Below are positions 19,801 through 27,207 of a stretch of DNA of 45,182 bases, in pieces. The notes beneath the pieces are model-generated. The model had not been told where the DNA came from. It was given only the letters and a program-made list of their open reading frames with translations, and did no database searches. Origin of the DNA: Thermoproteus sp. GTDB taxonomy: Archaea > Thermoproteota > Thermoprotei > Thermoproteales > Thermoproteaceae. The stretch lies in the NCBI GenBank assembly GCA_049976425.1, contig JBMFIG010000011.1:1-45182 (forward strand). The letters run 5' to 3'. Each line of letters opens with the position of its first letter. Position 1 is the stretch's first letter. Position numbers and translations under genes: made by a program.

Positions 19801-19958
19801 ATATACTGCCCGTCCGGCGAGAACTTCGGCCTAATGACTACGCCGAAGTCGGAGGTGAGCCTGTAGGCCCTGCCGCCGGAGTACTTCCAGAGATCGTCCT
19901 CGGTGACGAACACCACGTCGTCGCCGTATATGTCCGGGTACATGTAGTACCCCTTCAT
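16881..19958 (-). CDS. Tricorn protease (peptidase S41)
   Basis: MKGYYMYPDI N-terminus, beta-propeller repeats, GELGNSHAY (catalytic His), YAGSDGD (catalytic Ser), GTRTWGG, GVEPDI. Start placed at ATG 19958. Confidence 0.95.
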   Translation of the reverse strand: MKGYYMYPDIYGDDVVFVTEDDLWKYSGGRAYRLTSDFGVVIRPKFSPDGQYIAFTRLQQTDQGTLAEAYVVPADGGQPKRLTYFGSPYTRVAGWTPDGRVLVFSDFKMPFPQWRELYAVSLDGRYERLNLGPATALLYGDGFVVLGRNNYDLPYWKRYRGGMRGVLWISRDGGRTFEKLVDLPGNVTSPMIVGGRIYFVSDHEGVGNLYSVDPSGKDLRRHTDFKEFYVRNASSDGRRAVFQMGGDIYLYDPSGRIELLDIEAPLARKQKAPKFVDPFKYLEGFALPSGDSVVLISRGQAFHMPAWEGAVVGLGAGGATRYKHISADGDKIAVSTYDGAVEIYGKDGALIKRLEPGLGLIEALALKYPRLALANHRGELWLLDVETGTAALADRSEYGLITELAWHPSGLWLAYSRPSGPYTQNIRLYDVRSGRSHDATPPTSFDYGPAFDPDGRYLYFLSRRALNPAMDPVQFYYVFANHSKPYLIPLRRDDLSPFVEYRKAEGAVQDIDVEGIAARAEPFPVDEGIYAAVVGLKGGKVVWLRYEVEGALKYYLWSAQERRGVVEVYDLETKSKEQLASGVSAIRASPDGKYLLLKEEGRLRLVDVEKRPDMQSREPGRKSGVLDLNRVKVYVDPAKEWRQMFREAWLLMRENFWKADMNGVDWDAVYRKYEPLLDRVGTRYELSDLINEMQGELGNSHAYEVVPDFEVDKPYPVGGLGAEFAWDGSCWRVAKIFVGDPANEGERSPLAAPGLDVKEGDCVLSIGGTALGPDTPPEAALLNRAGDVLWIETRRGDAVRRFPVKTLRDERHVVYRSWVERNRRYVHERTGGRVGYVHVPDMGPYGYAEFFRSLVAEGYREALIIDVRFNRGGHTSGMLIQRLAARVFGAFLTRYFKPTPYPELVVPKALVLITNEYAGSDGDIFTYDFKALGLGPVVGTRTWGGTVGIDTRYKLVDGTIITQPKYAFWAEGVGTGIEGRGVEPDIYVEIAPHHYREGVDPQLDRAIEEALKRLGASLSLESVRA

Positions 19959-20019
19959 TGTGGGCTCCCACAGGGCCTCTTTTAAGCATAAAGAAATATT
20001 TCCGGGGCCTATCCCCGGC

Positions 20020-20316
20020 ATGGCGAAGGTGCGGGTACATCTGTACGTGAGGGGGAAGGTGCAGGGGGTCTTCTTCAGGCAGTCCATGAAGGACGTGGCC
20101 ACCTATTACGGCGTGAGGGGATGGGTGAGGAATCTGCCCGACGGGAGGACGGTCGAGGCTGTGTTGGAGGGCGACGAGGAGGCCGTGAGGAAGGTCGTGG
20201 AGTGGGCCCACTACGGCCCGCCGGGCGCCCGGGTCGAGAAGGTCGAGGCCGCCTATGAGGAGTACAGGGGGGAGTTCGACGACTTCAAGATACTGCCGAC
20301 TCCCAAAAATATTTAG
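20020..20316 (+). CDS. acyP: Acylphosphatase
   Basis: VRGKVQGVFFR, GWVRNLPDGRTVEA and GPPGARV. Start at ATG 20020. Confidence 0.93.
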   Translation: MAKVRVHLYVRGKVQGVFFRQSMKDVATYYGVRGWVRNLPDGRTVEAVLEGDEEAVRKVVEWAHYGPPGARVEKVEAAYEEYRGEFDDFKILPTPKNI

Positions 20317-20330
20317 GGGGTAAACGGTAC

Positions 20331-20891
20331 GTGGAGGTCTACTTCGAGCGCTTCGACGAGAGGGGAGCCGCCTTCTATGAGCTGTTGGTCAGACTGCGTA
20401 TCTTCGACTGGGCCTACTCGGCGACCGCCAAGCTTGTCGACGGAGCGGCGGACCGCGGGGCGAGGCTGTTGGAGATAGGCCCCGGCGTGGGGAAGCTGGC
20501 GGCGGTGCTCGAGAGGAGGGGCTATAGGGTGGTCGGCGTCGACGTATCGCCGGCCATGTTGCGCCAGGCGCGCAGGAGGACGTCCGCCGATCTGGTGGCG
20601 GGCGCCAGCTGGGCTCTGCCGGTTAGGCAGAGCGCGTTCGACGGCGCCGTTGCCCTATTCACGCTACACCACTGGGGCCCCCACAAGGAGTCGGTCGAGG
20701 AGGTGGCGAGGGCGTTGAGGCCCGGCGGTAGGTTCGTGGCGGTCGAGGTCGACAGAGACCGCATGCCGTTGGTCGGCGACCACAGCTGCGCCGAGAGGTG
20801 CCTGAGGGAGATCCTGGGCGCGCGTTTCGGGGTCAAGATAATACGCAGATATCCTCTGATCGCCGCCGTTGCGGAAAAAGTTATTAGCTAG
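20331..20891 (+). CDS. Class I SAM-dependent methyltransferase
   Basis: LLEIGPGVG, GVDVSPAML, FTLHH and RALRPGG motifs. Confidence 0.88.
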   Translation: MEVYFERFDERGAAFYELLVRLRIFDWAYSATAKLVDGAADRGARLLEIGPGVGKLAAVLERRGYRVVGVDVSPAMLRQARRRTSADLVAGASWALPVRQSAFDGAVALFTLHHWGPHKESVEEVARALRPGGRFVAVEVDRDRMPLVGDHSCAERCLREILGARFGVKIIRRYPLIAAVAEKVIS

Positions 20892-20907
20892 TCGCCCCCT
20901 CTAGAAG

Positions 20908-22101
20908 ATGCTGGAGGAGCTCTTCGAGGAGGGCCTTACGTTGATCAAGGGGCCTCCCGGCTCCGGCAAGACGACCCTCGCCGCGTGGGCCGCCGCCAGG
21001 CATAAGAACTCGGCCTGGTTCACCTTTTACGAGAGCGAGTCGCGCCTCCTCCGGTTTTTGTCCTCGATAGGCCTCGACCCGCCCCGCCATATATTCGACA
21101 TGATCTCCACGGCCCATAAGAAGGAGGCCGTCGAGGCCATACTCAAGATGATACAGGAGGTCAAGCCGGACTTCGTCGTTGTTGACGGCCTAAACGCCTT
21201 GACGCCGGAAGGCGAGAGGGAGCTGGTCCACAACCTCTTCTACCACCTCCTCTCGTCCCTAATGCCGGTGGTGTTGATTAGGGAGGGCGAGGAGGTCACC
21301 GCAACCGACTATATCGCAGACAACGTGATTCTGTTGGGCTACAGACAGTCCGAGAGGGGGTCCTCGCGGCATCTGGCCGTGGTCAAGAGCAGGGGGAGGC
21401 TCGTGGAGCCCAGCGTATTCCGGTTCGTCCTAGCCAAGGGAGGCCCTAAGTTCATCCTGCCTCCTCGCGAGGCCAAGAAGGTGTCCGGCGAGCGCCTCAC
21501 GACCGGCGCGCCGGAGCTCGATAGAGAGATAAACGGAGGCGTCGTGGCGGGTAGCTACGTCGTGGTGGTTGGGCCGCCCGACGGCCTCGCCAGCAAGCTC
21601 ATGGTCGTAACCGCATCTGCGCTGGCCGCCGCCGGCAAGAAGGTGCTCTACCACCACCACAAACAGATCCCGACGTTCGTAAAATTCGCCGAGTCCCTAG
21701 GGGTGAAGACCGACGTGAAGGGGCTGTTCTGGTACTACCACCCGATAGAGGAGCACAAGGACCTTACGTGGTGGTATAGGTCGGCCGAGATGGCCAACGA
21801 GATGGGGATCGACGTCCACTTCGCCGACCAGTACGAGCAGGCGATAGCCGTGGCGGGCCCCGAGACCATCGCCGAGGCGGCCCAAATATACCAAGCGACC
21901 CTACGTAGGGAGACCACGACGGTGCTCGTCATAAACTCCCACGCGATCTGGCGGAGGGTCGCCCCGCTCCTCGGCTCTATACCCGACTACACGTTCCTCT
22001 TCAGACACGGGACGTTGACCGCTTACACGCCGGAGCGCACGGAGCCGTTGCGTTTCAGGTACAAGCTGGTCGGCCGCAGAGTGGTCTTCGAGAAGGCGTA
22101 A
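20908..22101 (+). CDS. KaiC/RAD55-like ATPase with two RecA-type domains (second domain degenerate)
   Basis: Domain 1 has GPPGSGKT, VVVDG, DYIADNVI and VVKSRG. Domain 2 begins RLTTGAPELDREINGG but its P-loop reads GPPDGLAS. Confidence 0.82.
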   Translation: MLEELFEEGLTLIKGPPGSGKTTLAAWAAARHKNSAWFTFYESESRLLRFLSSIGLDPPRHIFDMISTAHKKEAVEAILKMIQEVKPDFVVVDGLNALTPEGERELVHNLFYHLLSSLMPVVLIREGEEVTATDYIADNVILLGYRQSERGSSRHLAVVKSRGRLVEPSVFRFVLAKGGPKFILPPREAKKVSGERLTTGAPELDREINGGVVAGSYVVVVGPPDGLASKLMVVTASALAAAGKKVLYHHHKQIPTFVKFAESLGVKTDVKGLFWYYHPIEEHKDLTWWYRSAEMANEMGIDVHFADQYEQAIAVAGPETIAEAAQIYQATLRRETTTVLVINSHAIWRRVAPLLGSIPDYTFLFRHGTLTAYTPERTEPLRFRYKLVGRRVVFEKA

Positions 22102-22139
22102 CGGCGCCCAACGTTTTTTAGGGAGGCGTTGTCGCCATT

Positions 22140-22610
22140 ATGGATCTAGACAGGGAAATAGAGCGTTGGGTGAGGAAGCTGGGCCTCAACGTCGTCATTC
22201 CGCCGAACGCCCCGGAGCCGTTCCACATATCCACGGCGCCTCCCACAGGCATGCCGGTGGTCGACGTGGTGAGGCCCAAGGACGCCGAGTTCTACGTGAT
22301 AGCGATGGGCATAGCGGTTCACCCCGACCACAAATCGGCGCTTGCCTCGATGAAGGAGCAGGACAGGCGGCGGTTCCTCCTCGAGCTGAAGAGGGCCGTC
22401 GTCTCGATGGGCGTGGACTTCGCCTTCCTCCCGCCGGACGCCGAGATACCCGACGCGATACAGGTCTCGCGGCCGGTCCTCGCCGAGGGGCTAGACGCCC
22501 AGAGGTTCCTCGACGAGTACTACAGGGTGAGGAACGCCGGCCTCCTGGTTATAATTTCCTTCGCCGAGACCTTCAAGAAGGCCGCCGGCCAGACCTCCCT
22601 CTACGCATGA
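22140..22610 (+). CDS. Conserved crenarchaeal protein, DUF2299-like
   Basis: IERW..KLGL, EPFHI...PP, VDVVRPKD..FY, HPDH, and F......VRN..L pattern resemble DUF2299 (from memory). Confidence 0.6.
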   Translation: MDLDREIERWVRKLGLNVVIPPNAPEPFHISTAPPTGMPVVDVVRPKDAEFYVIAMGIAVHPDHKSALASMKEQDRRRFLLELKRAVVSMGVDFAFLPPDAEIPDAIQVSRPVLAEGLDAQRFLDEYYRVRNAGLLVIISFAETFKKAAGQTSLYA

Positions 22611-23554
22611 GGGCCCTCCTCCTCAAGGCGCCGCGCGAGCTGGAGGTGGCCGATCTGCCGATGCCTGAGCCGCCAGCGGGCTGGAGCCTCGTGAGGACGG
22701 AGCTGGCCGGCATATGCGGCACCGACAAGGCCTTCTACCGGGGGACCTACCCCCTGTTCAAGAGGCCTCTTGTGCCCGGCCACGAGGTCGTGGGGACGGT
22801 CGTCGAGGGGCCTCTGAAGGGGCGGAGGGTCGTGTCCGAGATAAACTTCGCCGACCTCACCTGCGACTACTGCAGATCGGGGCTCTACACCCACTGCCCC
22901 TACAAGAAGACGTTGGGCATAGACTTCGACGGCGGCATGGCCGAGTACTTCGTCGCGCCGCACTACGCGCTACACCTCTTCGACGGGCCTCCCGAGCTCG
23001 GGATATTCGTCGAGCCTCTGGCGGCTGTCCTCAACGCCTTCTCCCTACGTCCCTTGAGGCCCGGCGAGAGGGCGGCCGTCGTCGGCGTCGGGAACATGGC
23101 GCTCCTCGCGGTCCAGGTGCTCAGACTGCTGGGCGCCTCGGAGGTGGCTGTGGTCGCGAGGAGGGAGAGCAGAAGGCTCAAGGCCCTCGAGAGGCTCGCC
23201 GACGTCGTGTATCTGGGGGAGGCCCCCGGCGCCCGCTTCGACCTAGTCTTCGAGGCTTCGGGAGATCCCAAGGCCCTCGACGCGGCGGTGGCCATGGCGA
23301 AGCCGCGCGGCGCCGTCCACCTGAAATCCACGCCGGGCTCCCCCGCCGTCTTCAACTCGACTCTGGCGGTGGTCAAGGAGGTAGCCATAGTGGGGAGCCG
23401 TTGCGGGACCTTCAGAGAGTTCAGAGAGGCCATCGCGCTCCTCACGTCGGGGAAGGTCAGGCCGGTGCTGGACGCAGTCTATCCTCTGGAGGAGGGGCGG
23501 AGGGCGTTCGAGGAGGCCCAAGGCGACGTTTTCAAGGTCGCCGTAAGGCCCTGA
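22607..23554 (+). CDS. Zinc-dependent alcohol dehydrogenase (MDR family)
   Basis: GICGTD, PGHEVVG, the structural-Zn region C..C.......C, EPLA and GVGNMA. Real start ATG 22607 (ATGA overlap). Confidence 0.9.
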   Translation: MRALLLKAPRELEVADLPMPEPPAGWSLVRTELAGICGTDKAFYRGTYPLFKRPLVPGHEVVGTVVEGPLKGRRVVSEINFADLTCDYCRSGLYTHCPYKKTLGIDFDGGMAEYFVAPHYALHLFDGPPELGIFVEPLAAVLNAFSLRPLRPGERAAVVGVGNMALLAVQVLRLLGASEVAVVARRESRRLKALERLADVVYLGEAPGARFDLVFEASGDPKALDAAVAMAKPRGAVHLKSTPGSPAVFNSTLAVVKEVAIVGSRCGTFREFREAIALLTSGKVRPVLDAVYPLEEGRRAFEEAQGDVFKVAVRP

Positions 23555-23591
23555 CGCGAAACTTAGAAAAACCCATACGCAGATATCCCCG

Positions 23592-24872
23592 ATGAGGCTC
23601 TTGCTTCTGTTGCTTGCCATTGCGGTCGTGGTGTTGGCCGAGTCCGTGACCATAGAGGTCGTCGACAGCTCCACAGGCCAGCTCGTGAACAAGTGCACGA
23701 TCATAGTCTCGGGCAATGGCTACTATAGCGCGAGTATAGGGACATGGCGCGGGAACCTAACCCCGGGCACATACCTAGTGCAAGTTCTGGCCTTCCGCAC
23801 ATGGTTTAACCAGACCATATCGGTGCCCAGCACTAACCCTATAAGGATCGTCATACCTATGGCTTTCCTATCCGCCAGAGTCTGGGACGAAGCGCTGAAA
23901 AAATACGTTAACTGGACTGTGGAGATCTTGGGGCCTGACAACTCGACGGTGGGGGCGCCGGGCACAGGCTCCGTTGTGGCTAAGGTGGTTGCCAACGGCG
24001 CCCGGTACAGGGCGGCCGCACTGACGCCCTACGGCGTGTTCTACAGCGACTGGGCCGTGCCGCAGCCGGGCCAGAACCTGACCCTAGAGGTGAAGGTGCC
24101 CACCGCTCTGGTGTCGCTGGCGGCGTACGACGAGGTCCTTGGGAGGCCCGCCAACTTCACGATAGTTATCAGCGGCAACGGGACCAACGCCAGCGGCGTC
24201 GGCGTCCTCAGGCGGGAGCTTATCGCGGGGACTTACGAAGTCGAGATAGTCGCCAACTTGAGCGGCGGCGTCTTCCGGTACAGCAAGACGATCGCGTTGA
24301 GCCCAGGCGCCAACTACTCGGAGGTCCTGCGCGTGCCGACGGCGTTTCTATACGTCTACGCCCAGACGCCGGCCGGCTCGCCGGTGCCCAACGCCACGAT
24401 AATGCTGTACGAGGACGGGCGGCTTCTGGTCAACTCCACCGGCCCCTCCCTCGCCGTTGAGGTGCTCGGCGGGAGGATCTACACGGCGGTTGCGCGTTAC
24501 CGCAACTTGACTGCTACGGCCAACGTGACCGCCGAGCCGGGCGCCAGGGTGCCCGTCTACCTCAACCTATCCGCAACTGTCGGCACGGTGATCAAGGTGA
24601 CGCCCAAGCCGGCCACCACGACGCGGGCCGCCAGCTCCACCACCAAGGCGGCCCAGACGACCACCGCCAAGCCGTCAGCGCAGCCCTCAACCACGGCGCC
24701 GTCGCCGCCTCCTCCGCCGCCGGCCAGGACGCCTTGGGCCTACGTCATCGCGGTTGCGGGGGCGATCGCGTTGGCCCTTGCGGCGGGGGTGCTCGCCTTG
24801 GCCGTCTCTGCGAGCAGGAGGTCAGAGGCTTCCGAAGATCTTGGTCTTCCAGAGGTCGTAGAGGCCGCGTAG
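23592..24872 (+). CDS. Membrane-anchored surface glycoprotein with tandem beta-sandwich repeats
   Basis: Signal peptide; roughly 80-aa repeats (IVIPMAFLSARVWDE / VKVPTALVSLAAYDE / LRVPTAFLYVYAQT); many N-x-S/T sequons; Thr/Pro-rich linker; C-terminal TM helix. Confidence 0.8.
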   Translation: MRLLLLLLAIAVVVLAESVTIEVVDSSTGQLVNKCTIIVSGNGYYSASIGTWRGNLTPGTYLVQVLAFRTWFNQTISVPSTNPIRIVIPMAFLSARVWDEALKKYVNWTVEILGPDNSTVGAPGTGSVVAKVVANGARYRAAALTPYGVFYSDWAVPQPGQNLTLEVKVPTALVSLAAYDEVLGRPANFTIVISGNGTNASGVGVLRRELIAGTYEVEIVANLSGGVFRYSKTIALSPGANYSEVLRVPTAFLYVYAQTPAGSPVPNATIMLYEDGRLLVNSTGPSLAVEVLGGRIYTAVARYRNLTATANVTAEPGARVPVYLNLSATVGTVIKVTPKPATTTRAASSTTKAAQTTTAKPSAQPSTTAPSPPPPPPARTPWAYVIAVAGAIALALAAGVLALAVSASRRSEASEDLGLPEVVEAA

Positions 24873-25769
24873 ATGGACGAGGGGCACTCCCTTGGTCATT
24901 CTGTAGGTGAAGTACTGCTTGAACTTGTCGGGATCCTTCATGTAGGTCCACTCGTCTATCTCCACGTCGGCCACGCCCTCCTTTATCTCGCTCACTATGG
25001 CCTGGGCCAGCACCGACGCCTGCCATATGGCGCCCCAGCCTATCGGCGGAAGCCCCAGCTTGATGAGGGACGTGTCGCCGATTAGGTAGGTGCGGTCGTA
25101 CTGTGTCTCGAAGAGGGGACCCACCTTGAGGCCCTTCGCCAGCGGGTGGGGGCTGAGCTCGGGCACCACCACGTGGACCTCGGCCTTGTCGTTGGTGGGA
25201 GGCGGGTCCTCGGTCAGCAAAACTCCCTGTTTGGCCATGTTGGCGCTGAAGGCGTCGAAGAGCCACTTGTAGTCGGGGTGTACGTAGACAAGGTGGACGG
25301 ACACCTCCTTCTGGGGCCAGATAGACTTTATGGCCATCGCCAGCTCGCCGAAGCCCATGACGGGGTAGAGCTCGTCTATGATGAACCTCACCGCGGGCGC
25401 GGCCTCGATCGCCCTATAGAGCGCCTCGGCGCCCTCGACCGAGTAGAAGTCGTCCCCTATCTTGAAGGCGCCGACAGCCAAGACGTTGTAGTCGCCCTTG
25501 ATGATCCCGCCGCTGGCCAGCTTAAGGCCGCTCTCCTTGACGTCGACGACCTCGTCCCTCACGTGCTCGACGCGCTTCAAGTTGTCGAGCGACATGCGGA
25601 GGTCGTCGAACTTGACGAGGCCTGCGAAGGCCATGGGGATCCCCATGACGAACTCGTGGTAGGGCTTGGGGTCGACAAGATAGACCTTCACGTCGTCGAG
25701 GGCCGACACTATCTTGTGGGCGAGGTACACGCCCGAGATCCCGCCGCCCGCGATGACGACGCTCTTCAT
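24822..25769 (-). CDS. FAD-dependent oxidoreductase, SQR/NDH-2-like (paralog B)
   Basis: AGGGISG, HEFVMGIPMA and YLIGD...LGLPPIGWG.IWQAS. Colinear with 12087-13037. Confidence 0.75.
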   Translation of the reverse strand: MKSVVIAGGGISGVYLAHKIVSALDDVKVYLVDPKPYHEFVMGIPMAFAGLVKFDDLRMSLDNLKRVEHVRDEVVDVKESGLKLASGGIIKGDYNVLAVGAFKIGDDFYSVEGAEALYRAIEAAPAVRFIIDELYPVMGFGELAMAIKSIWPQKEVSVHLVYVHPDYKWLFDAFSANMAKQGVLLTEDPPPTNDKAEVHVVVPELSPHPLAKGLKVGPLFETQYDRTYLIGDTSLIKLGLPPIGWGAIWQASVLAQAIVSEIKEGVADVEIDEWTYMKDPDKFKQYFTYRMTKGVPLVHLRGLYDLWKTKIFGSL

Positions 25770-25820
25770 GCCCGCGCTTTACTTTTCAAAATAAATAACT
25801 TGCGGAGCGCCGAGGGAACA

Positions 25821-25847
25821 TATCCCGCATATAAATTTTACGAAGCG
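25821..25847 (-). promoter_or_regulatory. Promoter/operator copy 1 (BRE-TATA-GCGGGATA), upstream of paralog B
   Basis: TATCCCGCATATAAATTTTACGAAGCG is nearly identical to 26215-26240. Confidence 0.55.
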
Positions 25848-26047
25848 GCAGACATTGCGGTGCGGGGCCTCGGCAGGCGTATTTAGCCCGTAGACGGATC
25901 CCGTAATAGGTCTGCCTCTACGAAGTTATACCTGTTTAATGAAGTTGAGCAGTTCACGGAATGCTTACAAGGATAACTATATAATTATTATTAATTATAT
26001 TTGTTTAATCTAGCTTAAGTATAGTCATCGATGAATATCGCCGTCTG

Positions 26048-26200
26048 TCACTTATATTTCGCTAGAAGTAGCTCTATGGCGTGCCTGATCGCACAACTCC
26101 GGCTTCTGTAAATGCCGTCCTCCACCAGCCTATCAAGCTCGTCGAGCAGAGGCCTCGGTAGCCTAAACGATATCAGCACAGTACCACCATCCCCATCCAT
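26048..26200 (-). CDS. Small ribbon-helix-helix regulator (50 aa, below the ORF-track cutoff)
   Basis: Manual translation MDGDGGTVLISFRLPRPLLDELDRLVEDGIYRSRSCAIRHAIELLLAKYK* gives a clear RHH pattern. TATA lies about 25 nt upstream. Confidence 0.85.
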   Translation of the reverse strand: MDGDGGTVLISFRLPRPLLDELDRLVEDGIYRSRSCAIRHAIELLLAKYK

Positions 26201-26214
26201 GGGACGCGACGAGC

Positions 26215-26240
26215 TATCCCGCATATATTTTTGCGTAGCG
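26215..26240 (-). promoter_or_regulatory. Promoter/operator copy 2, upstream of the RHH gene
   Basis: TATCCCGCATATATTTTTGCGTAGCG shares its first 13 nt exactly with 25821-25833. Confidence 0.55.
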
Positions 26241-26367
26241 ATTATAATTTAGAATAAGGCTTAATTATCTTTTTAATAATTAATAATTTTTATAAAATAT
26301 ATTAATTTATACTAATAAATAGAGGATGCGGAATCACTATTTAAAACGCCCCAATATCTATGGCTCT

Positions 26368-27189
26368 ATGTACGGTCCTCTGCCGGCGTTGGCCGCGGCG
26401 CTTATATGGGCGTACGCCTCTGTATCCTATAGGGACTACGTGGAGAGGCTGGGCGTCTACAAGCTCAACTCCCTCCGGATGCTCTACGCGTCCGCCGCGC
26501 TTCTGGCGCCCGCGCTCTACCTCGGGCTGGGGCGAGAGGCCGTATACGCTGTGCTGAGCGGCGTCCTCTCGCTGGCGCTCGGCGACTCGCTCTACCTCAA
26601 GGCGCTTAGATCGGCCGGCGTCTCGATCGCCGTGCCGGCGGCCTACAGCTACGTCGTACTGGAGCAGTTCATAGCGGTGCCGCTCGGCGAGCCTCTAAGG
26701 GCCTCCTACCTCCTGGCGGCCGGCCTCGTGGTGGCCGGCGTCTATCTGCTCGTGGCCGGGCAGGGGAGGGGGAACCTCGTGGGGGTCCTCTACGCCTTGG
26801 GCGCCGCGCTGGCCTGGTCGGCGGGGTACGCGGCGGTCAAGGTGGCCGGCGTCGGCGGGCTCAGCCCCATATCCATAGCCTTCGTCCGCGTCGCCTCGGC
26901 CCTCCCCATATTGGCGTCGCTCAGCGGCCCGCGCGAGGTCTCGAGCGGCTTGAGGTCCACCTGGCGCACTTCTCTGCCCATAATCGCCGTGTTGGATCTC
27001 GGAGGCGGCTCTGCCCTATTCGCCTACTCCACGGTGGAGGCCGGCCTGGGCTTGACAGTCATAGTGCTGGGCGTCGTCCCCCTCGCCTCCCAGCTCATGT
27101 CGAGGGCTTTGGGCAAGGAGAGGCCCACGGCCAGGGAGTATTCGGCGGCCGCGCTGATACTCTCGGCCATAGCCATATCCTTTATATAG
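26368..27189 (+). CDS. EamA/DMT-family transporter
   Basis: Two five-TM repeats: ALIWAY..., LGDSLYLKAL..AGVS and LGEPL in the first; ALAWS and GKERP in the second. Start at ATG 26368 after TATTTAAA. Confidence 0.88.
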   Translation: MYGPLPALAAALIWAYASVSYRDYVERLGVYKLNSLRMLYASAALLAPALYLGLGREAVYAVLSGVLSLALGDSLYLKALRSAGVSIAVPAAYSYVVLEQFIAVPLGEPLRASYLLAAGLVVAGVYLLVAGQGRGNLVGVLYALGAALAWSAGYAAVKVAGVGGLSPISIAFVRVASALPILASLSGPREVSSGLRSTWRTSLPIIAVLDLGGGSALFAYSTVEAGLGLTVIVLGVVPLASQLMSRALGKERPTAREYSAAALILSAIAISFI

Positions 27190-27207
27190 CCGGCGTCCGG
27201 GCGGCGT

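Noticed and set aside
19959-20102. ORF-track N-terminal extensions of tricorn (to 20102) and acylphosphatase (from 19960); likewise galK (15869), ADH (22166), hemerythrin (42638) and EamA (26326)
   Set aside because: They overlap neighbouring genes or promoters. Family N-termini, TATA spacing and stop/start overlaps support the shorter starts.
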